Assembly (NCBI GenBank): GCA_051884915.1
Contig: JBJEWF010000080.1
Coordinates: forward strand, 2,585 to 66,584
DNA length: 64,000 bases
DNA from: Kiritimatiellia bacterium
GTDB lineage: Bacteria > Verrucomicrobiota > Kiritimatiellia > RFP12 > UBA1067
Direction: 5' to 3'
Each line of letters begins with the position of its first letter. The stretch's first letter is position 1. Position numbers and translations under genes: made by a program. Below the pieces are notes generated by a model. That model saw nothing but the letters and a program-made list of their open reading frames with translations, did not search any database and was not told the DNA's origin. Below, one piece after another: positions 53,447-62,796 of the stretch.

Positions 53447-54826
53447 TTACGGGTTGGCGCCGTAGAAGCAGAGTCCGCCGTAGGTCCAGTTCGGCCGGGG
53501 CATCCCGGGGAAATTCGCGCGGTCCATCGTCAGCAGGACAAAGCGGAACGGATAGCCCTCCGGCAGTTCCGCCACGCAGGGCCAGACGCGCCCGTTCGCG
53601 CACGTCCCGTCCCACGGCGGAAAGTCGAACGCGAGCCGGCCCTTCATCTTCAGGTCGGGATAGGAATAGACGTAGCAGGCCCTCTCGGCGCTTCCGGTGA
53701 AACAGTAGCGAACGCCATCGATCCACGCAATCGTCGTTCCCGTCGAATCCTGTTCGACCGGCCCGGCGACGTTCACGAAAACGCCGTCCCAGGAGCGGGA
53801 CTGGAGCAGCGACGCGCGGATTCCCCGCGGCGTGAATTCCGAGACGAACAGCGACCACCGCTTCGCCTTCCCGTCCCAGGTGGCGCAGGGATCTTCGTTC
53901 ATCCCCTTGAGCCCCAGCGACTTCGCCCGCATGACGGAAAGGCCGTGCAGCGGGTTCGTCTCGCTCCAGACGGCGTTCACGCCGCCTTCGGCCCGCCGGC
54001 CCAGCTCGGCGGTTCCCGTGGAGAAGTTGCACGCGTAGCCCTTCCAGAACCCGTCCACGTCGTCGTAGAACAGGTGGCTCGCCAGATCGTTGCGCAGTTT
54101 GCCGTCGCCATAGTCGAACAGGACGATTCCCTCCAGCCGCACGTCGAAGAGCGAGGGATCGAAGCTCGCCACCCCCTGGCAGGCGCCGTAGGCCCGGGAG
54201 CTGAACGTGAAGAACGCGCGGCGGCCCTCCATGTACAGGCGGTTTTCGCGTCCCGTCGTCACGAAGCGGACGTCCGCCTGCCCGATTCCCGCCGTCAGCG
54301 ACGCGGCAGCCGCCGTCACGTTGGTCGACACGCAGAACTTGACCGTCTGCAGATTCGTCTTGAGCGACGGCACGAAGCCCGCGGGAATCCGCGCGAGGTC
54401 CAGAAGCGCCGTCCGCCCCGCCTTCGTCGCCAGCACGGCCGGGCGCTGGTCGCCCGTCACCACGACGGACAGGTCGAACGGCACGGCGGGCAGGTCTTTC
54501 GTCGCCGCATCGACCGCCACGCGCATTTTCACGTCGCCCGCCGCCGTCGCGAAGGCGATCTCGGCCGGCAGCGACGTCACGCGCGCCATGTAGCGGGCGG
54601 CCGGCCAGAAGCCGCCGACGACGCGCAGGGCCGCATTGGTCAGCACGGGATACTGGACCGAAGCCGCGACCGCCGTCTCCGGCCTGTACGCGCAGAGCGT
54701 CAGTTCGTTGTCCAGCACGAACCGCCGCGAGGCGAGACGGGCGAACGAGAGCGCGCAGGGATCGAGCGCGGCCAGCGCGGACAGCGTTCCGAACAGCGCG
54801 GCGAGGAAACTAGAATGCCTTCTCAT
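53447..54826 (-). CDS. Secreted protein of unknown function
   Basis: Track ORF trimmed to ATG 54826 (MRRHSSFLAALFGTLSALAAL signal peptide). 459 aa. No family motif recognised. Confidence 0.6.
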   Translation of the reverse strand: MRRHSSFLAALFGTLSALAALDPCALSFARLASRRFVLDNELTLCAYRPETAVAASVQYPVLTNAALRVVGGFWPAARYMARVTSLPAEIAFATAAGDVKMRVAVDAATKDLPAVPFDLSVVVTGDQRPAVLATKAGRTALLDLARIPAGFVPSLKTNLQTVKFCVSTNVTAAAASLTAGIGQADVRFVTTGRENRLYMEGRRAFFTFSSRAYGACQGVASFDPSLFDVRLEGIVLFDYGDGKLRNDLASHLFYDDVDGFWKGYACNFSTGTAELGRRAEGGVNAVWSETNPLHGLSVMRAKSLGLKGMNEDPCATWDGKAKRWSLFVSEFTPRGIRASLLQSRSWDGVFVNVAGPVEQDSTGTTIAWIDGVRYCFTGSAERACYVYSYPDLKMKGRLAFDFPPWDGTCANGRVWPCVAELPEGYPFRFVLLTMDRANFPGMPRPNWTYGGLCFYGANP

Positions 54827-55061
54827 ACTCGCCTTTCTGGACCTTCTTGAAGCAGGAGAAGCCGGCCCGTTTCGCCCGGTAGTGGAGGTCGCTCCGCGAA
54901 TGGCCCAGCCCCGGCGCCTGGATGACGCGGACGATCGCCGCGCCGCAGGCGGGGCAGACGGCCAGCTTCGGGTCGTGGATCGACTGCATGATCTCGAAAC
55001 CGGTCCGGCACTTCGGACACGACTTGTCCGCGGCCTTCGCCTCATAGACGTATGTCGGCAT
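54810..55061 (-). CDS. FmdB-family zinc-ribbon protein
   Basis: 83 aa. MPTYVYEAK...CPKC...CPACG is the FmdB CxxC/CxxC ribbon signature. Its 3' end overlaps the next gene by 17 nt. Confidence 0.75.
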   Translation of the reverse strand: MPTYVYEAKAADKSCPKCRTGFEIMQSIHDPKLAVCPACGAAIVRVIQAPGLGHSRSDLHYRAKRAGFSCFKKVQKGEYEKAF

Positions 55062-55062
55062 T

Positions 55063-58000
55063 CTATTTCCTCCCCAGAACGAGTTTGGCGTGCCGGGCGA
55101 ACGCGCCGCGCGGGTCCGCGGCGTACGCCTCCAGCGTCTTGCGGCCCAGGCCCTCGGGCGTGTCGCCCAGGCGGTACAGCGCGCGCGCGATGCAGATTTC
55201 GCGCAGCGAAAGCGTGCGCTCCCAGTCGCCCGCCGCGTTCTTGTAGCCGGGGATGCCCGGCGGTTCGGGCCCCATCGTCTGCCAGTGCCCGCCGATGCCC
55301 GGGCGTTTCAGCACCGCGGCCAGCGCCGGCGCGGCGGAGGCGTCGCCCAGTTCCTCAAGCGCCTTGGCGATCGCGCGGAAGTGGGAATATTCGCTCGTCT
55401 GCGTCAGCAGGTCCGCCTTGGCGATCAGCGCGGGGACGGCGGGGCGGTATTGGGCGTGGCCGAGCGCGATCGCATAGCTGTCCATCCAGCTCACGCTGCG
55501 GTTGAACTGCCCCATGCCCCGGTAGTTCCAGCCCTTGTCCCAGTCCGCCGCCTTGAATCTGGCGAGAACCTGTTCCGCGCCGTCCGGCCGCCCCAGCATC
55601 GCCAGCACGTGCGCATAGATGAATTTCCCCTCGCCCTCGGCCGTCTGCCAGGCGGCCAGCAGGAGCGGCAGCGCGCGGGAGCGGTCCGTCATCAGCACCG
55701 GCAGCCCCCCGTATCCGTCGGCCAGATCCGCCGTCGCCTGCCGGAAGGCCGCGTCCGGCAGCGGGAACGAATCGGCCGTCGCCGTGTCCTCCTCCCGCAG
55801 GATCCCCTTCTCCACGAGGTGGCGCTGCAGGGCCTTGATGTCGACGTTCCGGACGGTCGTTCCGTTCTTCACCGCCAGGGCCGCCGCCGTGCCGGCCGCG
55901 TAGCCCTGGTTCTGGATGTCGGGCTGCATGCGGAGAATCGGCATGGCGTCGCGGTGGGCGCTGATGCCAAGCCCCGTCACCAGCAGCCCATCCAGCGTCT
56001 TGGGCAGCAGGCAGCGGTACGGCAGGTTCACGTACATCGGCTGGTGGCCCGGATCCTGGATGAAGAACAGGTCGTCCCGCGTCTGGCCGTGCGAGTCGAA
56101 ATTGGAGTAGGTCCGCGTGATCGTGTCGGGGTACGTGCGGCCGTTCACCACGTCCGGCGCGCCCATGTAGAACGCGCCGACCAGCCGGCGGCGTTCGCGG
56201 CTGTTCAGGACCTGCGCCTGGTCCCAGGTCCCTTCGGGGAGGCTCAGGCGCGAACGCAGCGCGAAGTAGAAGACGTCCGTCGCGTCCGTATCGTCCAGAA
56301 AGCCGATGTCGGAGTTGGCGTAGGCGACGCCCAGCGTGTTCTGCGCCTGGCCGACGCCCTGAAGGGAGAGTTCGTCGTCGGTGATGAACTCCGTGTCCTG
56401 CCCGGCCATCGCCGGCAGTTCCGCATTGCCCGTCGCGTCGATGGCATTCCGGCAGGTCACGAGGCCGCGCGTGCCGTCCTCCATCACGACGACCACGCCG
56501 ACGACGCGCGCGCCGTCCGTCACGACGCCGTTGGCGAACGCGCCGAACCAGATTTCCGCGCCCGCCTGGCGCTGCTGCGAGCGGTACCATTCGCTCTTCG
56601 CCTGCGGAAAGACGCTGCCGAGCGCCCGCGTCCCCTCGTCGATCTCCCGCGTGAAGCCGATGCGGTTGCCGTACCAGTAGACGCCGATCAGCCCGTCCGT
56701 CTGGACGCCGCCCTCGACGTAGAGATACTCGCAGACGATCGTCCGGGCGCCGTGGCGCGCCGCGGCGATGCCGGCGGGGCCGCCGCCCGTGCCGGCGCCG
56801 ACCACCAGCGTGTCGCACGAAGCGAGCACGGGCAGCGCGTCCGCCGCCGTGACGCGCCCCGTCGCGTTGACGGCCCAGGCCGCCAGTTCGCCCTGGTGCT
56901 CGCCCAGGATCCAGCCGCTCCGGAGCGCCGGGCCGCCGGCGGCCGTCTTTTCCGCCGCGGCCCGAGCCGTCCGGCCGGCCCGCGCGGCCGCGTCCCGGCC
57001 CACGCGCGTTCCCGTCTTGATCAGCGCGCCGGGCTTGAGGAAGCTCTCCCGCGCCGCGTCCGACAGGCCGGCGCGCGGGCCCAGCACGTAGACGCCCTCC
57101 GTTCCCCGGGGCTGCAGGCAGCGCAGGTCAAGCGCCGCGGCGCCCGGCCAGGTCCCGGCCGTCGCCCGGCATCTGAACACGTCCGGCGCCAGGCAGGTCA
57201 GGGAATTCGCGGCGTCCACCTGCGTCGCCGTGAACGTCCGGTCCCGCGCCAGCTGCTCCGCCGCCGCGAACGCGCGCGCCGAACCGTCCGCCATGGGGAT
57301 CTTCACGTCGCACAGCCAGAACCGCGCGGCAATCACCGGCGGGAAATCCGGCTTCAGATGGTTCTTCACCGGCACGGCGAACGGTTCCGTCAGGGCGCGG
57401 GCGGAGACGCCTTCGCCCGTGGGCCGTTCGCCCGAGATGACAATGCGCTGGAACGCCCGCTCCCCGGCGGGGAACGGTTCCGCCTCGCCGCCGGCGAGCC
57501 GTGCCGCCGTCGCGCGGGGGGTCGCGTCGACCAGCACTTTCGCGCGGACGACCTGGCGGCCGCTGCGGTTCGCCATGACGACGCCGGCGAAGCGTCCGGC
57601 CGCGTCCGTCATCACGTCGCAGACGAGAGCGCCCGTCAGATACGGCACCTTCGCCGCGAGCAGCTGCCGGTCGAGCGTGCGCTTCACGAGAAACGGCGTC
57701 GTCCGGGAAGCCAGCGCCCTTCCGTCGCATTCGGCAAGGACGCGGATTTCCCCCAGCAGCTGCCGCGGATAGGTCTCCGCCTTCGCGCAGAACACCTTCA
57801 CGTAGCGGCAGGAGGTCCGGACGGGAAGGAACAGGCGGCGGACGTCCGTCCCCGCCTCGGCAACGTCCGGCACGCCCTCGGCCGCGCGCCAGGTCGTGCC
57901 GTCGGCGCTCGTCGAGACGGCCATCGACCGCGTCAGGTAGCCCTGCGCCGGCAGCCCCTTCAACGTCCCGTCCGCGCGCGGATGGACGCGGACGAACGAG

Positions 58001-58470
58001 TCCAGGCAGACCCCGGCGATCCTGCAGACCTTCCCCAGATCGACCGAAACGGTCACGTCGCCGTCGAACTGGACGCTCCCGCGGACCGCGTCCGCCGCCC
58101 GTCCGTCGTTGAGCAGCGTCCGCCGGGGATCCGCATGGACGGCGGCCGGCGGCCGGTCGGTCGCGTAGGTGAACGGGAGGCCTGTCGGCTCCTCGTGGGA
58201 CGCGTCGAAGAGCGCCCGGTAAAGCGGCGCGTCCGTTTCGTCGCGGGGATCGCGGACGACCCGCAGCGTGCCGGCCATGTCCTCGCCCAGATAGGGCCGG
58301 GGCGCGAGCAGAAACACCTTCGCGCCCGCCTCCCGGGCGGCCAGGGCCGCCGCGACGGCCCCCGAAGAGCCGCCGACGACGACAACGTCCGTCTCGTGGA
58401 CGATCGGCAGTTCGGCCGCGGACGCGGAAAGGAAAAGGCAGAGGCAAAGCAGTGGCAGAGGCGTTTTCAT
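55063..58470 (-). CDS. Secreted 1135-aa protein with two FAD-dependent oxidoreductase-like domains, an inserted discoidin-like domain and a C-terminal HEAT-like repeat region
   Basis: Track ORF trimmed to ATG 58470 (MKTPLPLLCLCLFLSASAA). Two dinucleotide-binding motifs, VVVVGGSSGAVAAALAAREAG and LVVGAGTGGGPAGIAAARHG. Helical repeats at the C-terminus. Confidence 0.75.
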   Translation of the reverse strand: MKTPLPLLCLCLFLSASAAELPIVHETDVVVVGGSSGAVAAALAAREAGAKVFLLAPRPYLGEDMAGTLRVVRDPRDETDAPLYRALFDASHEEPTGLPFTYATDRPPAAVHADPRRTLLNDGRAADAVRGSVQFDGDVTVSVDLGKVCRIAGVCLDSFVRVHPRADGTLKGLPAQGYLTRSMAVSTSADGTTWRAAEGVPDVAEAGTDVRRLFLPVRTSCRYVKVFCAKAETYPRQLLGEIRVLAECDGRALASRTTPFLVKRTLDRQLLAAKVPYLTGALVCDVMTDAAGRFAGVVMANRSGRQVVRAKVLVDATPRATAARLAGGEAEPFPAGERAFQRIVISGERPTGEGVSARALTEPFAVPVKNHLKPDFPPVIAARFWLCDVKIPMADGSARAFAAAEQLARDRTFTATQVDAANSLTCLAPDVFRCRATAGTWPGAAALDLRCLQPRGTEGVYVLGPRAGLSDAARESFLKPGALIKTGTRVGRDAAARAGRTARAAAEKTAAGGPALRSGWILGEHQGELAAWAVNATGRVTAADALPVLASCDTLVVGAGTGGGPAGIAAARHGARTIVCEYLYVEGGVQTDGLIGVYWYGNRIGFTREIDEGTRALGSVFPQAKSEWYRSQQRQAGAEIWFGAFANGVVTDGARVVGVVVVMEDGTRGLVTCRNAIDATGNAELPAMAGQDTEFITDDELSLQGVGQAQNTLGVAYANSDIGFLDDTDATDVFYFALRSRLSLPEGTWDQAQVLNSRERRRLVGAFYMGAPDVVNGRTYPDTITRTYSNFDSHGQTRDDLFFIQDPGHQPMYVNLPYRCLLPKTLDGLLVTGLGISAHRDAMPILRMQPDIQNQGYAAGTAAALAVKNGTTVRNVDIKALQRHLVEKGILREEDTATADSFPLPDAAFRQATADLADGYGGLPVLMTDRSRALPLLLAAWQTAEGEGKFIYAHVLAMLGRPDGAEQVLARFKAADWDKGWNYRGMGQFNRSVSWMDSYAIALGHAQYRPAVPALIAKADLLTQTSEYSHFRAIAKALEELGDASAAPALAAVLKRPGIGGHWQTMGPEPPGIPGYKNAAGDWERTLSLREICIARALYRLGDTPEGLGRKTLEAYAADPRGAFARHAKLVLGRK

Positions 58471-58544
58471 GGCGTTTGGGCGGTGGCGGATTGGAGTTGA
58501 CGTGAAACCCTTTCGGTCGCGGCGCCGGCGGCGGACCGGAACCG

Positions 58545-60098
58545 TCACAGGAGGAGGTCCTGCGCGAACTGGACCGGCGGCGGATTTCCGGGCGGGAATT
58601 CCTCTTCGGGCGCCTCCGGCACCTCGACGGACGTCGCCGCCAGGATGGAAGCCTCCGCCGCCGCCTGCGCCTTGGCGCCGCGCTTGCCCTGTTCGCGGTC
58701 GCCGAAGCGCGTGCCCTCGCGGTAGAAGTTCAAGTCGACTTCGCCCGTCTCGCCGTTGCGGTTCTTGGCGATGTCGACGATGGCGAGCAGTTCGTCGTCG
58801 TGCCACTGCGCCTTCTTCGACCGGCACGGGCGGCGCAGCAGGAACACCATGTCGGCGTCCTGCTCGATGGCGCCCGAGTCGCGCAGGTCGGAAAGCTTCG
58901 GCACCTCCTCCGCGTCGCCGCGCTGTTCGTTGCCGCGGGAAAGCTGCGAGAGCACGATGACCGGCACCTTCAGTTCCTTCGCCATGGCCTTGATCTGGCC
59001 GGAGATGCGGCCGGTTTCGAGCTGGCGGCCCTGCCGCGCGTATTCGCGGCAGTTGCAGAGCTGGAGGTAGTCGATCACGATCAGCTCGATGTTGTGCGTG
59101 CGCTTCATGCGGCGCGCGCGCGCGCGCATGTCCGCCACGTCGAGGGAACTGGTGTCGTCGATGTAGATCGGCGCGCTGCGCAGGACGTTGGCGGCCGTGA
59201 ACAGGCGCTGGCTCGCCGCCAGGCGTTCGTCCTTGTGCATCATGCCGCGGGCGAGACGCCAGGTGTTGACCGACGCCCGGCCGGCCAGCATGCGCTTGGC
59301 CAGCGACTCCGTGCTCATTTCCAGGGAGAACATCAGCACGGGATGCGGCCGCCCGTTGTCGACCGGGGACGGCATGCCGTTGATGTCCTGGCCGAGCGCC
59401 ACGCATTCCGCGATGTTCATGGCCAGCGAGGTCTTGCCGACGGACGGGCGCGCGGCAATGACGATCATGTCGCCGGCCTTCAGGCCCATCAGCTTCTCGT
59501 CCAGATGCCGGAACCCCGTCGAAAGGCCGTCGAACTTGCAGCCGCCGTCGTCGAAGAGCCGGTCCATCGCCTTCAGCGTGTTCTCGACCGCCACGCGCCA
59601 GTCCGTCCGGATCGACGTCGTGCCGCCGATTTCGAGGAAGTTCTTCTCCACTTCGCCCAGCAGGACGTCGGCATCCGCGCTCTGGGCCTCGTCAAAGCAT
59701 TTCGCCTCGGTTTCGCGCGCGCGCTCGATCAGCGTGCGCAGGAGATGCTTCTGGCGGACGATGCCGATGTAGTATTCGGCGTGGGCGCTCGTCGGCGTGT
59801 TGTCGACCAGCGACTGGATGGCGGCGACTCCGCCCACGCTGTCCAGCCGGCCCTTCGTCCGCAGGCGCTCCACCAGCGTCACCGCGTCGATGGGCGTCGA
59901 CTCCCTGCTCATTTCGCAGAACGTCTCGTAGAAGGTGCGGTTTCTGGGGTCGTAGAAGGACGCGGACGTCAACCCGCGCGACTGGCAGAGGTCGAGGACG
60001 CGGGCGTCGTCGCCCATGGTCGTGTCCAGCAGAATCGAACCGATGATGCCGCGTTCGGCCTCCGCGCTGTGAGGCGGCGTTTTCAAGTCGTGTTCCAT
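58545..60098 (-). CDS. dnaB: Replicative DNA helicase DnaB
   Basis: Track ORF trimmed to ATG 60098 (MEHDLKTPPHSAEAERGIIGSILL). Walker A IAARPSVGKTSLAMN and IVIDYLQL. Extra C-terminal tail of about 50 aa. Confidence 0.93.
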   Translation of the reverse strand: MEHDLKTPPHSAEAERGIIGSILLDTTMGDDARVLDLCQSRGLTSASFYDPRNRTFYETFCEMSRESTPIDAVTLVERLRTKGRLDSVGGVAAIQSLVDNTPTSAHAEYYIGIVRQKHLLRTLIERARETEAKCFDEAQSADADVLLGEVEKNFLEIGGTTSIRTDWRVAVENTLKAMDRLFDDGGCKFDGLSTGFRHLDEKLMGLKAGDMIVIAARPSVGKTSLAMNIAECVALGQDINGMPSPVDNGRPHPVLMFSLEMSTESLAKRMLAGRASVNTWRLARGMMHKDERLAASQRLFTAANVLRSAPIYIDDTSSLDVADMRARARRMKRTHNIELIVIDYLQLCNCREYARQGRQLETGRISGQIKAMAKELKVPVIVLSQLSRGNEQRGDAEEVPKLSDLRDSGAIEQDADMVFLLRRPCRSKKAQWHDDELLAIVDIAKNRNGETGEVDLNFYREGTRFGDREQGKRGAKAQAAAEASILAATSVEVPEAPEEEFPPGNPPPVQFAQDLLL

Positions 60099-60123
60099 GG
60101 CGGGAAGACGCCTCCTGCCGCGT

Positions 60124-61476
60124 TCAGTCGGCCTGGAGCAGCAGCCCCGTGTCCGCGACGTCCGCCGCGTCGAGCGCATAGGCGGGATCGATCTCAAGCG
60201 GCATCTCCGGCGGCACGGCGACGCCCGCGGCCGCCAGCTGGCGGCGCCATTTGGCCTGGAGGTCGGCCTTGCACGTGGCCGGCGAATCCGCGCCCGCCGC
60301 GTTCTTCACGGGGGAGAACTCCTCGCGGCGGTCGAACGCGAAGCAGGTGACGCCCCGGGCTTCCGGCAGCGCGTCGAAAATGAACTTCTCGAACTTGTAG
60401 CCGTTCGGCTCGGTCGCCTTGACGATCCGGCCCGCCGCGTCCACGGTCGCGATCTTCTTGTGCGCAAGGTGGAGCGGCATGTCCTTCGCGGCCAGGCGTT
60501 CGAGGAACGCGCGGTCGAACACGTGGATGGCCGGCGAGCCGAACTTGAAGTAGAGCTCGCCCGTCCGCGTGCGGCGGTTGTTCATCTCGTCGGTCATTTC
60601 CGTGTATTCGATCATGTCGAAATGGCCGTCGCGCTTCACCACCATGCCCAGGCCCTCGTTCGGGTCGCGCTTGGCGCAGAGCTTGAGCGAGTATTCGCTC
60701 TTTTCGAGCACGTGCAGGCCGATGAACGCCGGATCGGCCACTTCGACCATCGGGTTGTCCACCTGGAAGTAGAAGAGCGTCGTGACGCCGCGCGCCTTCA
60801 TGTCCGCGAAGCAGCCGTTCGCCTTGAGCGCGCCGATCATGCCGCCGTGGCCGTCGGGGCTCATGAAGACGTGGCCCGGCGCGTCGAGGATGATCTTGCC
60901 GTCGGCCGTCATGCCCGGCCACATGCCCTGCCGGAAGAAGACCACGGCGTCCGCGTCGAGGCCGAAATAGTCGTTCTCCTCGAAGTGGGCGACCGTCGCG
61001 TCGTAGTTCGCTTCGCTCGTCATCACGTAGAACGGAATCTTCGCGGCATGGCGCACGGACAGCGCGAGGATCTTGCGGGCGTGGAAATAGAAGAGCGAGG
61101 CGCCGGTGACCGGCCCGATCGAGTAGGCGCCCTTCGGGCCGTCATAGCCGAGGCGCGAACCCTGGCCGCCGGCCACGAGCAGCACGCCGACGCGCCCGGC
61201 GCGCAGTTCGGCTTCGCCCGCCGCGCGCGCCCGCGCGAGCGCCGCGCCCTTGAGTTCGGCGACTTTCGGGGCCGTGGGCCGGCCCTTCTTCTTCGCCGCC
61301 GCCGGCGCGGCGGCGCCCGGCAGCATGCTCTGGCAGCGCCGGACTTCCTTGAAGTCGATCGCCGCGATCTGCGCCAGCAGCGCCTTGCGCTCGGCCGCCG
61401 TCAGCTGCTTCCAGCAGCGCAGCAGCTGTTCCTGTCCGTTTTTCCTGAGAATCGTCCGTGCCTGTTCGAATGTCAT
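60124..61476 (-). CDS. UDPGP-family UDP-sugar pyrophosphorylase (eukaryote-type UAP/USP-like)
   Basis: 450 aa. LLVAGGQGSRLGYDGPKG nucleotide-binding loop and FFQVDN-like block FYFQVDNP. Confidence 0.8.
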   Translation of the reverse strand: MTFEQARTILRKNGQEQLLRCWKQLTAAERKALLAQIAAIDFKEVRRCQSMLPGAAAPAAAKKKGRPTAPKVAELKGAALARARAAGEAELRAGRVGVLLVAGGQGSRLGYDGPKGAYSIGPVTGASLFYFHARKILALSVRHAAKIPFYVMTSEANYDATVAHFEENDYFGLDADAVVFFRQGMWPGMTADGKIILDAPGHVFMSPDGHGGMIGALKANGCFADMKARGVTTLFYFQVDNPMVEVADPAFIGLHVLEKSEYSLKLCAKRDPNEGLGMVVKRDGHFDMIEYTEMTDEMNNRRTRTGELYFKFGSPAIHVFDRAFLERLAAKDMPLHLAHKKIATVDAAGRIVKATEPNGYKFEKFIFDALPEARGVTCFAFDRREEFSPVKNAAGADSPATCKADLQAKWRRQLAAAGVAVPPEMPLEIDPAYALDAADVADTGLLLQAD

Positions 61477-61532
61477 AACCGAAGCCTGATGTTTTTTCTT
61501 TTTTGGGGGTGGGAGCCGACGGGAGCCGGCCG

Positions 61533-62588
61533 TCAGACCGTCTTGAACTTGTAGACCGTCGTCGAGTAGAGCGGAACGCCGGGCTTGACGATCGTCGTCG
61601 GGAAGCCGGGCTTGTTGGGCGAATCCGGGAAGTGCTGCGTCTCAAGCGCGACGCCGGCGTTGCGCACGGGCAGGTAGTAGCCGTCGTAGACCTGCAGGCC
61701 CGGCTCGGTCGTCCAGACCTCGATCTGGCGGCCCGTCCGGTCGGAGGTCAGAATCGCCGCGAGCTTGAGCTCGTCGCCCGGCGTCCGGCGGAGCGCCCAG
61801 TTCATGTCGTAGCCGGCGCCGAATTTGAGCTGGTCGTAGTCGAAATCGTGCATCGCGCCGATCGTGTGCGTCGTGCGGAAGTCCATCGGCGTCGCCGCGA
61901 CGTCGCGCAATTCGCCCGTCGGAATCATGCCCGCGCCGTAGGGCGTGAACGCGTCGGCGTTGATGAAGAGCTTGTGGTCGAGAACCGTCGTGCCCGCCTC
62001 GACGCCGTCGAGATTCCAGTACGCGTGCTCCGTGAGGGAGATCGGCGTGTCCTGGTCGGTCGTCGCGCGCCAGCGGATCGTCCAGGCGTTCGCGTTGTCC
62101 AGCGTCAGCGTCGCGCGGACGGCCACGTTGCCCGGATAGCCGCCTTCGCCGTCGGGGGATTCGATTTCGAGAACCAGCCCCACCAGGTCGTCCGTGCGGA
62201 TCTCCTCGACCACCTTCCACGTCCGCAGCGCGAAGCCGCGCAGGCCGCCGTGCAGCGCGCAGGGGATGCCGCCCGGCGCGTTGTTGGCCTCCAGCGCGTA
62301 CGTCTTGCCGTTGAGCGTGAACGCGCAGCCGCCGATGCGGTTGCCGTAGCGGCCCACCAGCGCGCCGTAGTACGTGCCGCCCCGTTCGGCGACGTAGTCC
62401 TCGAAGGTCGGCCAGCCCAGCGTCACGTTGTCCAGCCGGCCCGTGCGGTCCGGCGTCAGGGCCTTCAGGAGGCGACCGCCCCAATTCGTGAAGTCGAGCT
62501 CCACGCCGTTCGCGTTCACCAGACGCCACACGCGGACCTCTTCGCCCTCAAAAACGCCCCAGGGGCCGGATTCGATCGAGTTCTTCAT
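61533..62588 (-). CDS. galM: Aldose 1-epimerase (galactose mutarotase)
   Basis: Track ORF trimmed to ATG 62588, preceded by AAAGGAG. Blocks GRYGNRI, NALHGG-like CALHGGLRGF, LTEHAYWNL and ALETQHFPDSPN. Confidence 0.88.
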   Translation of the reverse strand: MKNSIESGPWGVFEGEEVRVWRLVNANGVELDFTNWGGRLLKALTPDRTGRLDNVTLGWPTFEDYVAERGGTYYGALVGRYGNRIGGCAFTLNGKTYALEANNAPGGIPCALHGGLRGFALRTWKVVEEIRTDDLVGLVLEIESPDGEGGYPGNVAVRATLTLDNANAWTIRWRATTDQDTPISLTEHAYWNLDGVEAGTTVLDHKLFINADAFTPYGAGMIPTGELRDVAATPMDFRTTHTIGAMHDFDYDQLKFGAGYDMNWALRRTPGDELKLAAILTSDRTGRQIEVWTTEPGLQVYDGYYLPVRNAGVALETQHFPDSPNKPGFPTTIVKPGVPLYSTTVYKFKTV

Positions 62589-62625
62589 TGGATGCTCCTT
62601 TCCCGTTTGAAAATTGCAAATCCGG

Positions 62626-62634
62626 ATTATACCA
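62626..62634 (-). promoter_or_regulatory. Extended -10 promoter TGgTATAAT for galM and the long co-directional gene string behind it
   Basis: Minus strand reads GATTGTGGTATAATCCGG about 37 nt upstream of ATG 62588. Confidence 0.5.
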
Positions 62635-62649
62635 CAATCGGGCCGGATG

Positions 62650-62658
62650 TGATAGAAT
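62650..62658 (+). promoter_or_regulatory. Extended -10 promoter TGaTAGAAT for tRNA-Arg
   Basis: GATGTGATAGAATATCCGCCGTCCG ends 16 nt before the mature tRNA 5' end. Confidence 0.5.
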
Positions 62659-62674
62659 ATCCGCCGTCCGAAAG

Positions 62675-62751
62675 GCCCCTGTAGCTCATCTGGACAGAGC
62701 AATTGCCTTCTAAGCAATGGGTAGTGAGTTCGAGTCTCGCCAGGGGCGCCA
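62675..62751 (+). tRNA. tRNA-Arg, anticodon TCT, CCA encoded
   Basis: Hand-folded cloverleaf. Acceptor GCCCCTG/CAGGGGC, D arm GCTC/GAGC, anticodon arm ATTGC-CTTCTAA-GCAAT, T arm GTGAG-TTCGAGT-CTCGC, discriminator G, then CCA. Confidence 0.9.
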
Positions 62752-62796
62752 TCCCGCCCGGTCCGCCGCGCCGCGCCGTTGCCGGCGGCCGGCCGG

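Noticed and set aside
58545-60098. Possible intein or insertion in DnaB, because the protein is longer than usual
   Set aside because: The helicase motifs are contiguous and the extra length is a C-terminal tail. No intein blocks were seen.
62675-62796. tRNA-Arg as a possible genomic-island integration site
   Set aside because: There is no integrase, no direct repeat of the tRNA 3' end, and the flanking genes (galM, cdsA, purA) are ordinary core genes.
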